Shown: positions 38,390 to 47,833, counted from the first letter of the stretch. The stretch is 53,385 bases of DNA from Minisyncoccota bacterium (GCA_028280145.1 JANQMM010000063.1:1-53385); one strand, 5' to 3'. Translations and numbers: made by a program. The notes: generated by a model not told the origin, from the letters alone.

Positions 38390-41300
38390 ATGGAAACAAA
38401 CCGAACTACGAATGCTTTTAGCCTTCGCATAGTGGCGTTGGTTCTTGGCATTTTCACGGTTTCGATGCTTGGTGCGTTGATGACACCAGCTGTTGCAGAG
38501 GCTACATACAACGAGCCGAAAAAAGGCTCGATTTCTGTGTGTAAAGCAATTGTCGATGGTGAAGGTAATGTTGTTGATGGCACGGGTGTAACAGGTACTT
38601 TTGAATTGAGTGGTCTTGATTTCAATAGTCCTGATGGCGTTCTCCCAACTTCACAATTTTCAACTCCTCTTTCATTCAACAAGGATGTGTTCTCTGGAGT
38701 TGATGGAGATGATGTGCAGTGTATTACGTACAACGATCTCACACTTGGATCGTATTACTACGGCGAAGAAGTTATCACTGGTGATAACTGGCTGGAGCCG
38801 AAGTACAACGATCAACACACAAAAGCAGTAGAAAGTCTTTCAGACTTCTTTGCATACAGTGGTGAGCTTTTCACCCCTGATACAAGTGATGACGAGGCAC
38901 GTAATAAAAACGCTGACGGTCATATTGTCCTATCGAAGGATCGACCGGACCGAACTCTCATTGTCCTTAATGAATTTAAAAAGCCTGAAATACCTGACGC
39001 GCCATACTGTGGTGACGGAGAGGTTAATCAGTCTTGGGAACAATGTGATGGAGGTGGTCAGTGTACGGCTCAATGTCAAACTGGAAATCAGTGTGTCGAG
39101 CTTGCACTCGCTCGTGTGAATGTCGATGAGACAAAGAATTGGGGAACAGGTGACGTAACAAGTGATATTTTCCTTGGAGGTGCGGCAAACAAGATCCCGG
39201 AGGGGACTTGGTTTTTGCTTGCTCAAAATGGAGTACCAGTTGTGGACACCGACATGACCTCAAATGGGTATGAAGATGTGCCGGGAATTTCTGTCGAACG
39301 ACAGGACGGAGCGGTACGCCTTTTGCTTCATGGAAGTCATGAAGACGCAAATGGAACCAATAAAGAACATGTGAATGGGAACCTCGAATTTTGGGGCGCA
39401 TCCATTCTAGACCAATCCAGTGACGATAGTGGAAACAACAAGCTCGAAAAGGGCTTTGATGGAGAAAAAACACTCAATGCTGGACAAGATGAAGTGTGGC
39501 TTGACGGAAATTATCCGGAGCAGTCATTCTTCTGGCTAACCGTCACTACGGCAGACGACGGATTCTTCACTACGTATGAAGATGTTCCGGAGTGTGCAAG
39601 TAGCCTCGTAGCATCAAAGGTGATGTGTGAGGACGAGACGCACCTTCCAAACTGGAGTGGTGATGACATTGACATAACAGAGAACACCGCGATCGACTTT
39701 GTCGCACAAAGCGGTGGACACTGTACCCTTGAGCCTGATTGGGAATTCCAATATGGAGACCAGTCTGCAAGCAATCCCGGTGACAACACCGGAGAAGCTG
39801 CAGGGCCATGGACCACATTCGGTCCGACAAACAATGATGGCGTTGCTTCAGTCAGTATTGCTGACATCGATGACATCTCACGTCTTTGGGTGCGAGAAGT
39901 GTTCCAAGATGGATTCGTTCCATTTACACACGCAACCACTAAGTCAGACGTTTCAGCTGAAATGTACTGTCATAAAGACGTGCTCAATTACGACAATTAC
40001 GACTTTATCAACAATCCAAAAGCTGGTGAGACGTACTACTGTGTAGCGTTTAACGCTCCAAAGAAGGACGCTCCCGTCTGTGACCCTAATGTTAACCTTC
40101 TAAAAAATGGAGGGTTTGAGACACCGGCACTTTCAGCAAACAGCTGGGATGTGTTCTACACGGGTGAAACGGGTCTTGAATGGTCTACCGGAGACAATGG
40201 AGTTGAAATTCAAAACAATGTTGCAGGCTCACCATATGCGGGAGCACAACACGCAGAACTTGACCCACATACCGTGACAGAGATCTGGCAGGAAGTTGCA
40301 ACCATCCCTGGTGAAACGTATCGATTTGAGACAAAGTACTCACCTCGACCTGGACGAACACTGGAGGATGTTCGATTCGAATTTCTTCTAAATGGCTCTA
40401 CTCTTGGAGCAGATGTTGCACGATCAGGTGAGGGTAATACCGATACCGATTGGACACACGAAGAGAGATTCTTCGTTGCAACAGAAGCTTCCACCACGGT
40501 CGGCTTTGTGGAAACAGGACTCGACACTTCTTACGGAGCATATCTGGACGAAGTTGGTCTTTACTGTGACCCAAATCCACCGGTAGTAAACCAGAAGCCG
40601 GTGATCACCATTGGTGATGCAGTACTTACTCTTACGGTAGGGGACACATTCACCGAAGACGTAACCGCAAATGACCCTGAAGATGGAGTGATTCCGTTTG
40701 GAAACATTGTCATCACAGGTTCTGTCGATACAAATATCGTTGGTTCATATGATCTGGAATATGATGTAGTGGACTCACAAGGTCTTGCTGCCGACACGGT
40801 TACCCGAACGGTACATGTTGTTGCACAACCGGCACCAAAAGGATCAATCACCGTATGTAAGGCGATCGTAGATGAATACGGAAACGTTGTTGACGGAGCA
40901 GAGGCTTCAGGTTCGTTTGTAATAGACGGACTTGATGGAAACAATGCCGCAGGCATCCTTCCAACTTCAAACTTCAGCACTGCTCTATCATTCACCGATG
41001 ATGTATTTGCAAGCGTTAATGGAAATGATATCGAGTGTGTTCGACACAATAACTTGGATCTTGGACAGTATTACTACGACCAAGAGACGGTTAACGGTGA
41101 TGGATGGGGAGTACCTCTCTACAATGACCAATTCGACACACCGGTAACAGACACGACTGACTTCTTCCCATATGATGATGCGTTGTTCACAAATGACACA
41201 GCTGACGATGCGGGACGAAATCAAAATGCTGACGGACATATTGTCCTTACCGAACAGCGACCCGACCGAACTCTCATTGTGCTAAACGAATACACACTTA

Positions 41301-43525
41301 AGCCCGCACCATATTGTGGTGACGGTGTTCAGAACCAGGCATGGGAGATGTGTGATGGTACAGACGGCCTCCAAACAGGAGAACAGTGTACGGCACAATG
41401 TCAGATCGCAAACCAATGTGTTGAAAAGGCATTTGCACGAGTAAATGTAGAGTTGTTCGAGAATCACTCAAATGGTGATATAACTGACGACATCTTCCTT
41501 GGTTCAGCACTAAACAAGATCCCTATGGGAGCATGGTTCTTGCTCTACGATAGCGGAACATACGTATCGGATGCGAATGCAAACGGATACGAGGATGTTC
41601 AGGGTCTTGCAGTAGAAAGACAAGAAGGTTCAGTTCGAGTTGTGGCACATGGTTCACATCCTAATGATGGCTCCAAAGAGCACATCGTCGGAGATGTTGA
41701 ATTCTTCAACTTCGAAGTAACGGAACCAACAAGCGATGATAGCGGAAACAATAAACTGGAAAACGGTTTTGACATGATCATGGACAACGTTCCAGGTCAA
41801 GATGAAGTATGGCTTAAGAATGGAAACGACACACAATCATTCTTCTGGCTTACTGTTACAACCGCAGATGACGGCTTCTTCGCAAATTACGGCGATGATG
41901 TGCCAATGTGTGTACAGCCGAACACACCACCAACCATCACCCTTGAAGGTGATAATCCACAGATCATTCCACTCTTCGGCACTTACACCAATCTTGGTGC
42001 AGTGGCAACCGACGCAGAGGATGATGACACTGTCCTTACAGGTCAGATCGTTCACGATTCATCAAGCGTGGACACAAATGTTGTAGGCACATATGAAGTG
42101 ACCTATGATGTTACTGATTCAGGAGGTTTGGCTGCTGAGACTGCGACACGAACAGTGTCTGTGGTTGATGACAGCGATCCTGCCGCATGTAGCGACAGAG
42201 ATGATAACGACGGAGATCAACTTGTTGACGCATTGGATCCGGGTTGTTGGAGCGATCCAAATGATCCGAACACATATGATCCAAATGACGACGATGAGAA
42301 CCAGAAGCCGGTCATCACACGCATTGGTGACAACGTACGAATCCCGCTTGGTACTCCATACAACGATGAGGGTGCTACGGCAGAGGACGCAGAAGACGGA
42401 GTCATCACTGATGATATCGTTACGACCGGTACCAGTACGATCGATGTGAACACCACCGGTGTATACACCGTTCGATATAACGTTACTGACTCAGACGGCG
42501 CTGCTGCTGATGAAGTGACCCGAACAGTTGAAGTGTACGATCCAACCCCTCCAGTTTGTGTATCAAACTGCGGTGGCGGTGGCGGCGGTGGCGGCGGTCC
42601 GATCCCGGACAACCTCACCATCTTCAATGAAACGATCACCGTTATTGGTGAAGGAACCGCTCTCATTACATGGGAGACAAACAAGCCCGCTGACTCACGA
42701 GTTGTCTATGATGACGAATCACAGGTACTTGCAGCATCAACACTTAACTTCGGAGTTGGAAGCGAGAATCTCGGATATGATTTCACAACTGACACTAACC
42801 CGACACTCACCAAAGAGCACTCGGTTATCGTGACAGATGTGAATCTTGAAGATCTCTTCTACTTCCGACCACTTTCTTCAGATGGTACACGAGCTATTGG
42901 AATTGAGCTTAGTGCTGTCCTTGGAGAGGTCACCGGAGGAACGTGTGAGCAGTATCTCTTTGAGTTCATCAGGTTTGGTGAAAACAATAATCCGGTAGAA
43001 GTTCGAAAACTTCAAACATTCCTTAATGATTTTGAGGAAGCAGGCTTGGAGGTAAATGGTATCTATGATCTTGCAACATTCAATGCGGTTGTAGCATTCC
43101 AGAACAAGTATGCCGGTGACGTTCTCTCACCATGGGGACTTGAAGGGGATACCGGATATGTCTACCTAACTACACGAAAAAAGATTAATGAAATCTATTG
43201 TAACTTCCAGCTACCATTCCCACTTACCGGGGAACAGCAAGCAGAAGTTGACGCTTTCCGAGCACTTCTAGAGTCCTTGGAAGCAACAGGACAACCTCTT
43301 CCTGATACATCTAACGTAGGATTCGCACCGTCTGCACCAACATTTGCAGGTGATGACGAAACTCCAAGCGTTACTCTTGTGGAAGAAACTCCAGAGGGAG
43401 GTGATGTACTTGCAGAGGAAGAAGAAGGAACTGATTCACTCGCAGCTGCGGCTGATGCTTTGGCGGGCGAAGATGGAGGAGTATTCTCTCGAATTGGTGA
43501 CTTCTTTAAAAATCTCTTTCGGTAA
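38390..43525 (+). CDS. Giant secreted multi-domain surface protein (1711 aa)
   Basis: Signal peptide ending AVAEA|T. Contains two ~360-aa paralogous modules, a jelly-roll/CBM-like domain, three Ig-like repeats, a D/N-rich Ca-binding-like segment, a Gly9 linker, an Fn3-like segment, a PG_binding_1-like domain (VEVRKLQTFLN...NGIYDLATFNAVVAFQNKY) and an acidic tail. Confidence 0.85.
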   Translation: METNRTTNAFSLRIVALVLGIFTVSMLGALMTPAVAEATYNEPKKGSISVCKAIVDGEGNVVDGTGVTGTFELSGLDFNSPDGVLPTSQFSTPLSFNKDVFSGVDGDDVQCITYNDLTLGSYYYGEEVITGDNWLEPKYNDQHTKAVESLSDFFAYSGELFTPDTSDDEARNKNADGHIVLSKDRPDRTLIVLNEFKKPEIPDAPYCGDGEVNQSWEQCDGGGQCTAQCQTGNQCVELALARVNVDETKNWGTGDVTSDIFLGGAANKIPEGTWFLLAQNGVPVVDTDMTSNGYEDVPGISVERQDGAVRLLLHGSHEDANGTNKEHVNGNLEFWGASILDQSSDDSGNNKLEKGFDGEKTLNAGQDEVWLDGNYPEQSFFWLTVTTADDGFFTTYEDVPECASSLVASKVMCEDETHLPNWSGDDIDITENTAIDFVAQSGGHCTLEPDWEFQYGDQSASNPGDNTGEAAGPWTTFGPTNNDGVASVSIADIDDISRLWVREVFQDGFVPFTHATTKSDVSAEMYCHKDVLNYDNYDFINNPKAGETYYCVAFNAPKKDAPVCDPNVNLLKNGGFETPALSANSWDVFYTGETGLEWSTGDNGVEIQNNVAGSPYAGAQHAELDPHTVTEIWQEVATIPGETYRFETKYSPRPGRTLEDVRFEFLLNGSTLGADVARSGEGNTDTDWTHEERFFVATEASTTVGFVETGLDTSYGAYLDEVGLYCDPNPPVVNQKPVITIGDAVLTLTVGDTFTEDVTANDPEDGVIPFGNIVITGSVDTNIVGSYDLEYDVVDSQGLAADTVTRTVHVVAQPAPKGSITVCKAIVDEYGNVVDGAEASGSFVIDGLDGNNAAGILPTSNFSTALSFTDDVFASVNGNDIECVRHNNLDLGQYYYDQETVNGDGWGVPLYNDQFDTPVTDTTDFFPYDDALFTNDTADDAGRNQNADGHIVLTEQRPDRTLIVLNEYTLKPAPYCGDGVQNQAWEMCDGTDGLQTGEQCTAQCQIANQCVEKAFARVNVELFENHSNGDITDDIFLGSALNKIPMGAWFLLYDSGTYVSDANANGYEDVQGLAVERQEGSVRVVAHGSHPNDGSKEHIVGDVEFFNFEVTEPTSDDSGNNKLENGFDMIMDNVPGQDEVWLKNGNDTQSFFWLTVTTADDGFFANYGDDVPMCVQPNTPPTITLEGDNPQIIPLFGTYTNLGAVATDAEDDDTVLTGQIVHDSSSVDTNVVGTYEVTYDVTDSGGLAAETATRTVSVVDDSDPAACSDRDDNDGDQLVDALDPGCWSDPNDPNTYDPNDDDENQKPVITRIGDNVRIPLGTPYNDEGATAEDAEDGVITDDIVTTGTSTIDVNTTGVYTVRYNVTDSDGAAADEVTRTVEVYDPTPPVCVSNCGGGGGGGGGPIPDNLTIFNETITVIGEGTALITWETNKPADSRVVYDDESQVLAASTLNFGVGSENLGYDFTTDTNPTLTKEHSVIVTDVNLEDLFYFRPLSSDGTRAIGIELSAVLGEVTGGTCEQYLFEFIRFGENNNPVEVRKLQTFLNDFEEAGLEVNGIYDLATFNAVVAFQNKYAGDVLSPWGLEGDTGYVYLTTRKKINEIYCNFQLPFPLTGEQQAEVDAFRALLESLEATGQPLPDTSNVGFAPSAPTFAGDDETPSVTLVEETPEGGDVLAEEEEGTDSLAAAADALAGEDGGVFSRIGDFFKNLFR
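38519..39595 (+). repeat. Module A of the intragenic duplication (aa 44-402)
   Basis: Colinear with aa 815-1174. Examples: KKGSISVCKAIVDGEGNVVDG / PKGSITVCKAIVDEYGNVVDG; ADGHIVLSKDRPDRTLIVLNEF / ADGHIVLTEQRPDRTLIVLNEY; YCGDGEVNQSWEQCDG / YCGDGVQNQAWEMCDG. SFFWLTVTTADDGFF occurs in both. Confidence 0.85.
40832..41911 (+). repeat. Module B of the intragenic duplication (aa 815-1174)
   Basis: See module A. The copies are diverged at the DNA level, for example cgaccggaccgaactctcattgtcc versus cgacccgaccgaactctcattgtgc. Confidence 0.85.
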
Positions 43526-43554
43526 TTAGTTTCTCGGGAAATTAATGACGAAAC

Positions 43555-43582
43555 GAAAAAGCGGCCACTGGCCGCTTTTTCG
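43555..43582. terminator. Bidirectional terminator between the surface protein gene and tsaD
   Basis: AAAAA-GCGGCC-ACT-GGCCGC-TTTTT. Confidence 0.8.
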
Positions 43583-43617
43583 TTTGTCTGAATGACATCT
43601 CGGTCGGCCAAAATGGC

Positions 43618-44781
43618 CTACAATTTAAGGTTGCCTTGTGCGATTGGTTCTCGGTACGCCGGCTCGCTACTTGCACTTGCACGCAAAAAGCCCGCGACTG
43701 CTATCATGACCGCGTTGTCAGTTGAAAGTTTTGCTTCGGGAATGTAGAGCAGGTGATCGGGATATTGTTCTTTAAAGAGTTCTCTGAATGCACGTCGTAT
43801 TTCGGTATTTGCTGAGACGCCTCCGCCGAGAATAAGCGTTTTGGCTTCTGTTTGGTCCAGTGCCTTTTTTGTTTTTTTGATGAGGATTTCTACTACCGCA
43901 TCTTCAAACTCTTGGGCAAATTCTCGCTTGATATCATCATTCAACACATCGATATCGTTAAGTGTATAGAGTACGGCTGTTTTGAGTCCCGAGAATGAAA
44001 AGTCGCAGTCATCACTCTGCAGCATCGGTCGCGGCAAGCTATAACGGGATTTTAGATTGCGCGCACGTGCTTCCTGGGAGAGTTTTGATATCGCAGGCCC
44101 ACCCGGATATCCAAGGTCGAGCATGCGGGCGACTTTATCGAATGCCTCGCCGACAGCGTCATCGCGTGTGCTTCCGATAAGCTCATAATCCATCCAGTTT
44201 TTTATAAGGACCAATTCAGTGTGTCCGCCTGAAATGAGAAGGGCAAGAGCGGGAAATACGACGTGTCCCAGACGTATCTCCTCGGAGAGTAGGGATGCAA
44301 CAATATGACCTTCCATATGGTTGATCGGGATGATCGGTATGTCCCACAGTAATGAGAGGGCTTTGGCGAAGTTAACGCCAACCCATAGCGCGGGAGCAAG
44401 CCCCGGACCTTCAGTTACCGCAATGACGTCGATATCCGGTTTCTCAATTCTTTCCATCAGCCTCATGAACATCTCATACATCTCCGGTTCGCGATGTAGA
44501 AGGGCTTGTATCTCTTCTCGTTGTGTTTCCGAAATGTCTTGTTCACGCACATTGAAGAGAAAAGCGTCTTTCAAGGTTTTCTCCAGAAGAGGAGTAAGGT
44601 TGCGTGCATGCTCTCGTTTTGCAAGTGTCGGATATACTCCGCCGAACTCGGCATGTTTGTCCGCTTGCGAGAGAAGTGTGTTTGCCAAGATAGCGAATCG
44701 GTGTTCGCTTATGTCTCCATGTGCCTCAAGAACAGCGATCGCTGTTTCATCACAGCTTGTCTCGATGGAAAGAATATTCAT
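43618..44781 (-). CDS. tsaD: tRNA N6-adenosine threonylcarbamoyltransferase TsaD (Kae1/Gcp family)
   Basis: ILSIETSCDETAIAV, HMEGHI and LLISGGHTEL. 387 aa, with an insertion of about 40 aa (NVREQDISETQREEIQALLHREPEMYEMFMRLMERIE) compared with typical lengths. Confidence 0.88.
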   Translation of the reverse strand: MNILSIETSCDETAIAVLEAHGDISEHRFAILANTLLSQADKHAEFGGVYPTLAKREHARNLTPLLEKTLKDAFLFNVREQDISETQREEIQALLHREPEMYEMFMRLMERIEKPDIDVIAVTEGPGLAPALWVGVNFAKALSLLWDIPIIPINHMEGHIVASLLSEEIRLGHVVFPALALLISGGHTELVLIKNWMDYELIGSTRDDAVGEAFDKVARMLDLGYPGGPAISKLSQEARARNLKSRYSLPRPMLQSDDCDFSFSGLKTAVLYTLNDIDVLNDDIKREFAQEFEDAVVEILIKKTKKALDQTEAKTLILGGGVSANTEIRRAFRELFKEQYPDHLLYIPEAKLSTDNAVMIAVAGFLRASASSEPAYREPIAQGNLKL

Positions 44782-44786
44782 GCTCT

Positions 44787-45497
44787 CTAAGGGGTGAGAT
44801 AGCGCTCCTTGAGTATTTTGAGCGTGTCGTGTTCGTTTTCTACTTTTTGAACATCAATTACACCGAGAACGGCCTCATCATTGCCGCCCGGGTACAGTGC
44901 ATCACCGAAATATATACACTCATCCTTATTCCAACCCTGTTCTTTTATGAGTCTCATGATATTTGTGCCCTTATTATTTCCTTTAGTGAAATAATCAAAA
45001 GATGTTGTGCCTGCAACCTTCACGTCGGCAAGCAACAATGGTCGGGGGTTTTGTTCAAGTAATTTTGTCCTGAGTGAACCACCCGGATCAAATGGTAATT
45101 TCTTCCTCACATCTTCATGGTGTCCAAGACAACTGTACGAGATCTGATAGTTGTCTCTGTTTTCGATCAGGTCATTTGCATTCTTAACCTCCCAGTGACG
45201 GATGCTTTCAAAGTATGCGATATGGTCCATTACTTCTTTGATGGCTTCGGGAGAAAGCGGGGTTGCCCACATTTCTGTATCTCCACGAAATGCGTGGTTC
45301 CCGTTTTGACCAAGTGCGAAATCAATATTGACTCCATCAAGTTGTTTTTTTATTGCGGCACTTGATTGACCTGAAATCACCATAAGTGTGTAGGGAAGTG
45401 CATTTAGCACCTCTTTCAGTTCGGGATTTATCGGGGTACGACTGCGCGTGAGCGTGCCGTCCATATCAAAAAATAAATGTTTGTATTTGCTTTGCAT
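44787..45497 (-). CDS. HAD-IIB family hydrolase (phosphomannomutase-like)
   Basis: LFFDMDGTLTRSR motif I after ATG 45497; TSFDYFTKGNNKG; YFGDALYPGGNDE motif IV. The track ORF starts at 45530. Confidence 0.6.
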   Translation of the reverse strand: MQSKYKHLFFDMDGTLTRSRTPINPELKEVLNALPYTLMVISGQSSAAIKKQLDGVNIDFALGQNGNHAFRGDTEMWATPLSPEAIKEVMDHIAYFESIRHWEVKNANDLIENRDNYQISYSCLGHHEDVRKKLPFDPGGSLRTKLLEQNPRPLLLADVKVAGTTSFDYFTKGNNKGTNIMRLIKEQGWNKDECIYFGDALYPGGNDEAVLGVIDVQKVENEHDTLKILKERYLTP

Positions 45498-45609
45498 GTT
45501 ACGGTTGATTATCAAACTACATAATACCACCTGAGGATGAGGTCTTGTTTGTATGCGTTGAATGATACATAAAAACAGTGTATTGTGTCTACTACTTACA
45601 AATGTGGAA

Positions 45610-45683
45610 GGGCGATTAGCTCAGTTGGCTAGAGCGTCTCATTGACGTTGAGAAGGTCACAGGTTCAAATCCTGTATCGCCCA
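45610..45683 (+). tRNA. tRNA-Val (anticodon GAC)
   Basis: Acceptor GGGCGAT/ATCGCCC, D arm GCTC-AGTTGGCTA-GAGC, anticodon arm TCTCA-TTGACGT-TGAGA, T arm ACAGG-TTCAAAT-CCTGT. CCA is not encoded. Confidence 0.9.
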
Positions 45684-45693
45684 CTTTATTTAA

Positions 45694-45716
45694 AAGGTCA
45701 CAGGTTCAAATCCTGT
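45694..45716 (+). repeat. Duplicated variable-loop/T-arm segment of tRNA-Val
   Basis: AAGGTCACAGGTTCAAATCCTGT at 45694-45716 is identical to 45653-45675 inside the tRNA (offset 41 nt). Confidence 0.85.
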
Positions 45717-45740
45717 GGTCCTTAAATGTTTTAGAGGCAA

Positions 45741-46385
45741 ATGGAGCGATTACAACCACAGACCGAACAAGAGCTGAGGGAGGCCGTTAAACGAGCCGCC
45801 CGCGTGCTTTCTGCAGGCGGTCTTGTCATTTATCCAACTGATACTGTTTACGGGATTGGTGCTGATGCGTCAAACGAAGCGGCAGTAGAAAAGGTGTATG
45901 CTCTTAAGGGGAGGGATGCAAAAAAGCCGCTCTCAGTCGTTGTATCTGACATGAGAATGGCTCTTACATATACCCGATTGCACGAGGCGGCAGAGAGACT
46001 GATTAAGCGCATACTTCCGGGTCCATTCACGCTTCTTGTGGAGAGTAGAGGCAAGCTGGCTCCCAACTTAACGCAAGGAAGCTCTCTTTTGGGTATTCGC
46101 ATTCCCGATTCCTTTTTTTGTGTTTCACTTGCACAGGTTTTTGGGAAACCCTATACCGCAACGAGTGCTAATGCTTCAGGAGAGGTGGCGGGAGATGTTG
46201 ACGAGATTCTTGAACAATTTAAAGAGAGCGAAGGACTAATAGACCTTGTTGTAGATGTAGGACCTCTTGATCAAACACTTCCGTCTACCATATTGGATAT
46301 CTCCGGTGATGCTGTTGTGGTGGTGCGAGAAGGTGCGCGCAACACCCAGGCGGTTCAGCTTGTAACATTACAAGAGCAAGAATAG
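45741..46385 (+). CDS. tsaC: L-threonylcarbamoyladenylate synthase (TsaC/YrdC/Sua5 family, single domain)
   Basis: VIYPTDTVYGIGADASNEAAVEKVYALKGRDAKKPLSV and TATSANASG. Confidence 0.85.
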   Translation: MERLQPQTEQELREAVKRAARVLSAGGLVIYPTDTVYGIGADASNEAAVEKVYALKGRDAKKPLSVVVSDMRMALTYTRLHEAAERLIKRILPGPFTLLVESRGKLAPNLTQGSSLLGIRIPDSFFCVSLAQVFGKPYTATSANASGEVAGDVDEILEQFKESEGLIDLVVDVGPLDQTLPSTILDISGDAVVVVREGARNTQAVQLVTLQEQE

Positions 46386-46398
46386 TTGTAATCAGTAC

Positions 46399-47349
46399 AT
46401 GAAGCGCATTGTGGTCATTGGTGGGGGGACAGGAACATTTACAGTCCTTCGTGGCTTGAGGAATTATCCGCATCACATTACCGCCATCGTGACGATGTTT
46501 GATTCCGGCGGTTCAAGTGGTGTGCTCCGCGATGAACACGGCGTGCTTCCTCCGGGTGACGTGCGCCGGTGCCTGGTTGCCCTTTCAGGTGGTGAGCGTG
46601 AAGAGACGCTTCGAAAACTTTTTAATTATCGTTTCAGTACGGGCGGCTCACTTAAAGGACATAGTTTCGGGAACATTCTTCTTACAGCACTGACCGAATT
46701 GTTTGGAAGTGAAGATGTTGCCATTAATGAAGCCGCCTCTATTCTCAACATTAACGGGACAGTTCTTCCGGTTTCCCTTGAGAAATCTCATCTCTCTGTA
46801 AAGCTTGAAGATGGCAGTGTGGTGAAGCGAGAGACGAATATCGACATTCCCAAACACGATGGGTCTTTGCGTATTGAAGAAGTGTATCTTGAGCCAACCG
46901 TCAAAGCCTTTCCTGAGGCTCTTCGTGCAATAGAGGAGGCAGATGTAGTGGTTCTTGGTCCCGGTGACCTGTATACGTCAGTCATCCCTAATCTGCTTGC
47001 GAAAGGGGTTCCTGAGGCATTGCAAAAGGGTAAGGCCAAAAAAGTATGTATTTTAAATTTGTTCACCAAATGGGGTGAGACACACGGATATAACGCCTCT
47101 CAGTTTGCCAAGGAACTCTTGCGGTATTCCTATCTGAAACAGTTTGATCACATTGTGTGTAATAAAGAAAATATGCCAGAACGTATCCTTAAGAAGTATG
47201 CCGCAGAAAAGAAATTTCCCATTGAGGTTGACGAACACATCACGACATATGCCAAAGAGGTGATACGCAAGGACCTCTTCAGGGCGGATTACTTTTTACG
47301 TCATGATTCTGATGCGATAGCACAGATCATCGATAGCATAGCAACATAA
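46399..47349 (+). CDS. YvcK/CofD-like protein (UPF0052, gluconeogenesis factor family)
   Basis: IVVIGGGTGTFTVLRGL and AIVTMFDSGGSSGVLRDEHGVLPPGDVRRCLVALS. Confidence 0.8.
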   Translation: MKRIVVIGGGTGTFTVLRGLRNYPHHITAIVTMFDSGGSSGVLRDEHGVLPPGDVRRCLVALSGGEREETLRKLFNYRFSTGGSLKGHSFGNILLTALTELFGSEDVAINEAASILNINGTVLPVSLEKSHLSVKLEDGSVVKRETNIDIPKHDGSLRIEEVYLEPTVKAFPEALRAIEEADVVVLGPGDLYTSVIPNLLAKGVPEALQKGKAKKVCILNLFTKWGETHGYNASQFAKELLRYSYLKQFDHIVCNKENMPERILKKYAAEKKFPIEVDEHITTYAKEVIRKDLFRADYFLRHDSDAIAQIIDSIAT

Positions 47350-47392
47350 AAAACGCCTCAGGCGCCTCAGGAAAAACACATCATCACTTTTC

Positions 47393-47833
47393 TTAACCGC
47401 TCTTTTGGTTGAGTTTCTTCCAAAGATGAAATTCTTTATTCAAGTGGTGTTTGAGCACTATCGGATACTCCTCGGCCATACCTGCCTCAAAACGAATGTG
47501 TCCTTCTATACCGCGAAGTTCTTCGGTGCCGGATTTTGACACTATCGTCTGCATGATATCCGCTTTGCCATTAATGAATTCTCCTTTGTGTTCAAGGACA
47601 AAGGTGCCGCGTTTTCCGTCAACAGTGCCGGTAAATCGTTCAAATCCGTGTATGTCAGCTTGCTCTGGAGTATTGTAAAGAAACAGGTATGAAACTACTC
47701 CTTCTCCTTCAATTTCGCCGCTATAGCGTTTGAGCACCTTTGCGCGTTTAATGGTCGGGCCATCTGTCACTTCGCTGATGAGTTCCTCATTCCACTCTTC
47801 AACGCGAAACGTTCCCTTTGATTCTGACGTCAT
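47393..47833 (-). CDS. DUF3224-like protein
   Basis: GTFRVEEWNE...YSGEIEGEGVVSYL...FERFTGTVDGKRGTFVLEHKGEF...GTEELRGIEGHIRF matches the DUF3224 pattern from memory. Confidence 0.6.
   Translation of the reverse strand: MTSESKGTFRVEEWNEELISEVTDGPTIKRAKVLKRYSGEIEGEGVVSYLFLYNTPEQADIHGFERFTGTVDGKRGTFVLEHKGEFINGKADIMQTIVSKSGTEELRGIEGHIRFEAGMAEEYPIVLKHHLNKEFHLWKKLNQKSG

Noticed and set aside
42572-42598. The Gly9 run (ggtggcggtggcggcggtggcggcggt) as a slippage-prone phase-variation tract.
   Set aside because: It is a mixed GGT/GGC tract, not a perfect homopolymer or a uniform triplet repeat. Slippage in units of 3 would stay in frame, so it is most simply a flexible linker.
38390-43525. Repeats that might have been a CRISPR array or a DGR template/variable-region pair.
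   Set aside because: The repeats are long, diverged, in-frame coding duplications. There is no short-repeat/spacer periodicity, no cas gene and no reverse transcriptase anywhere in the window.
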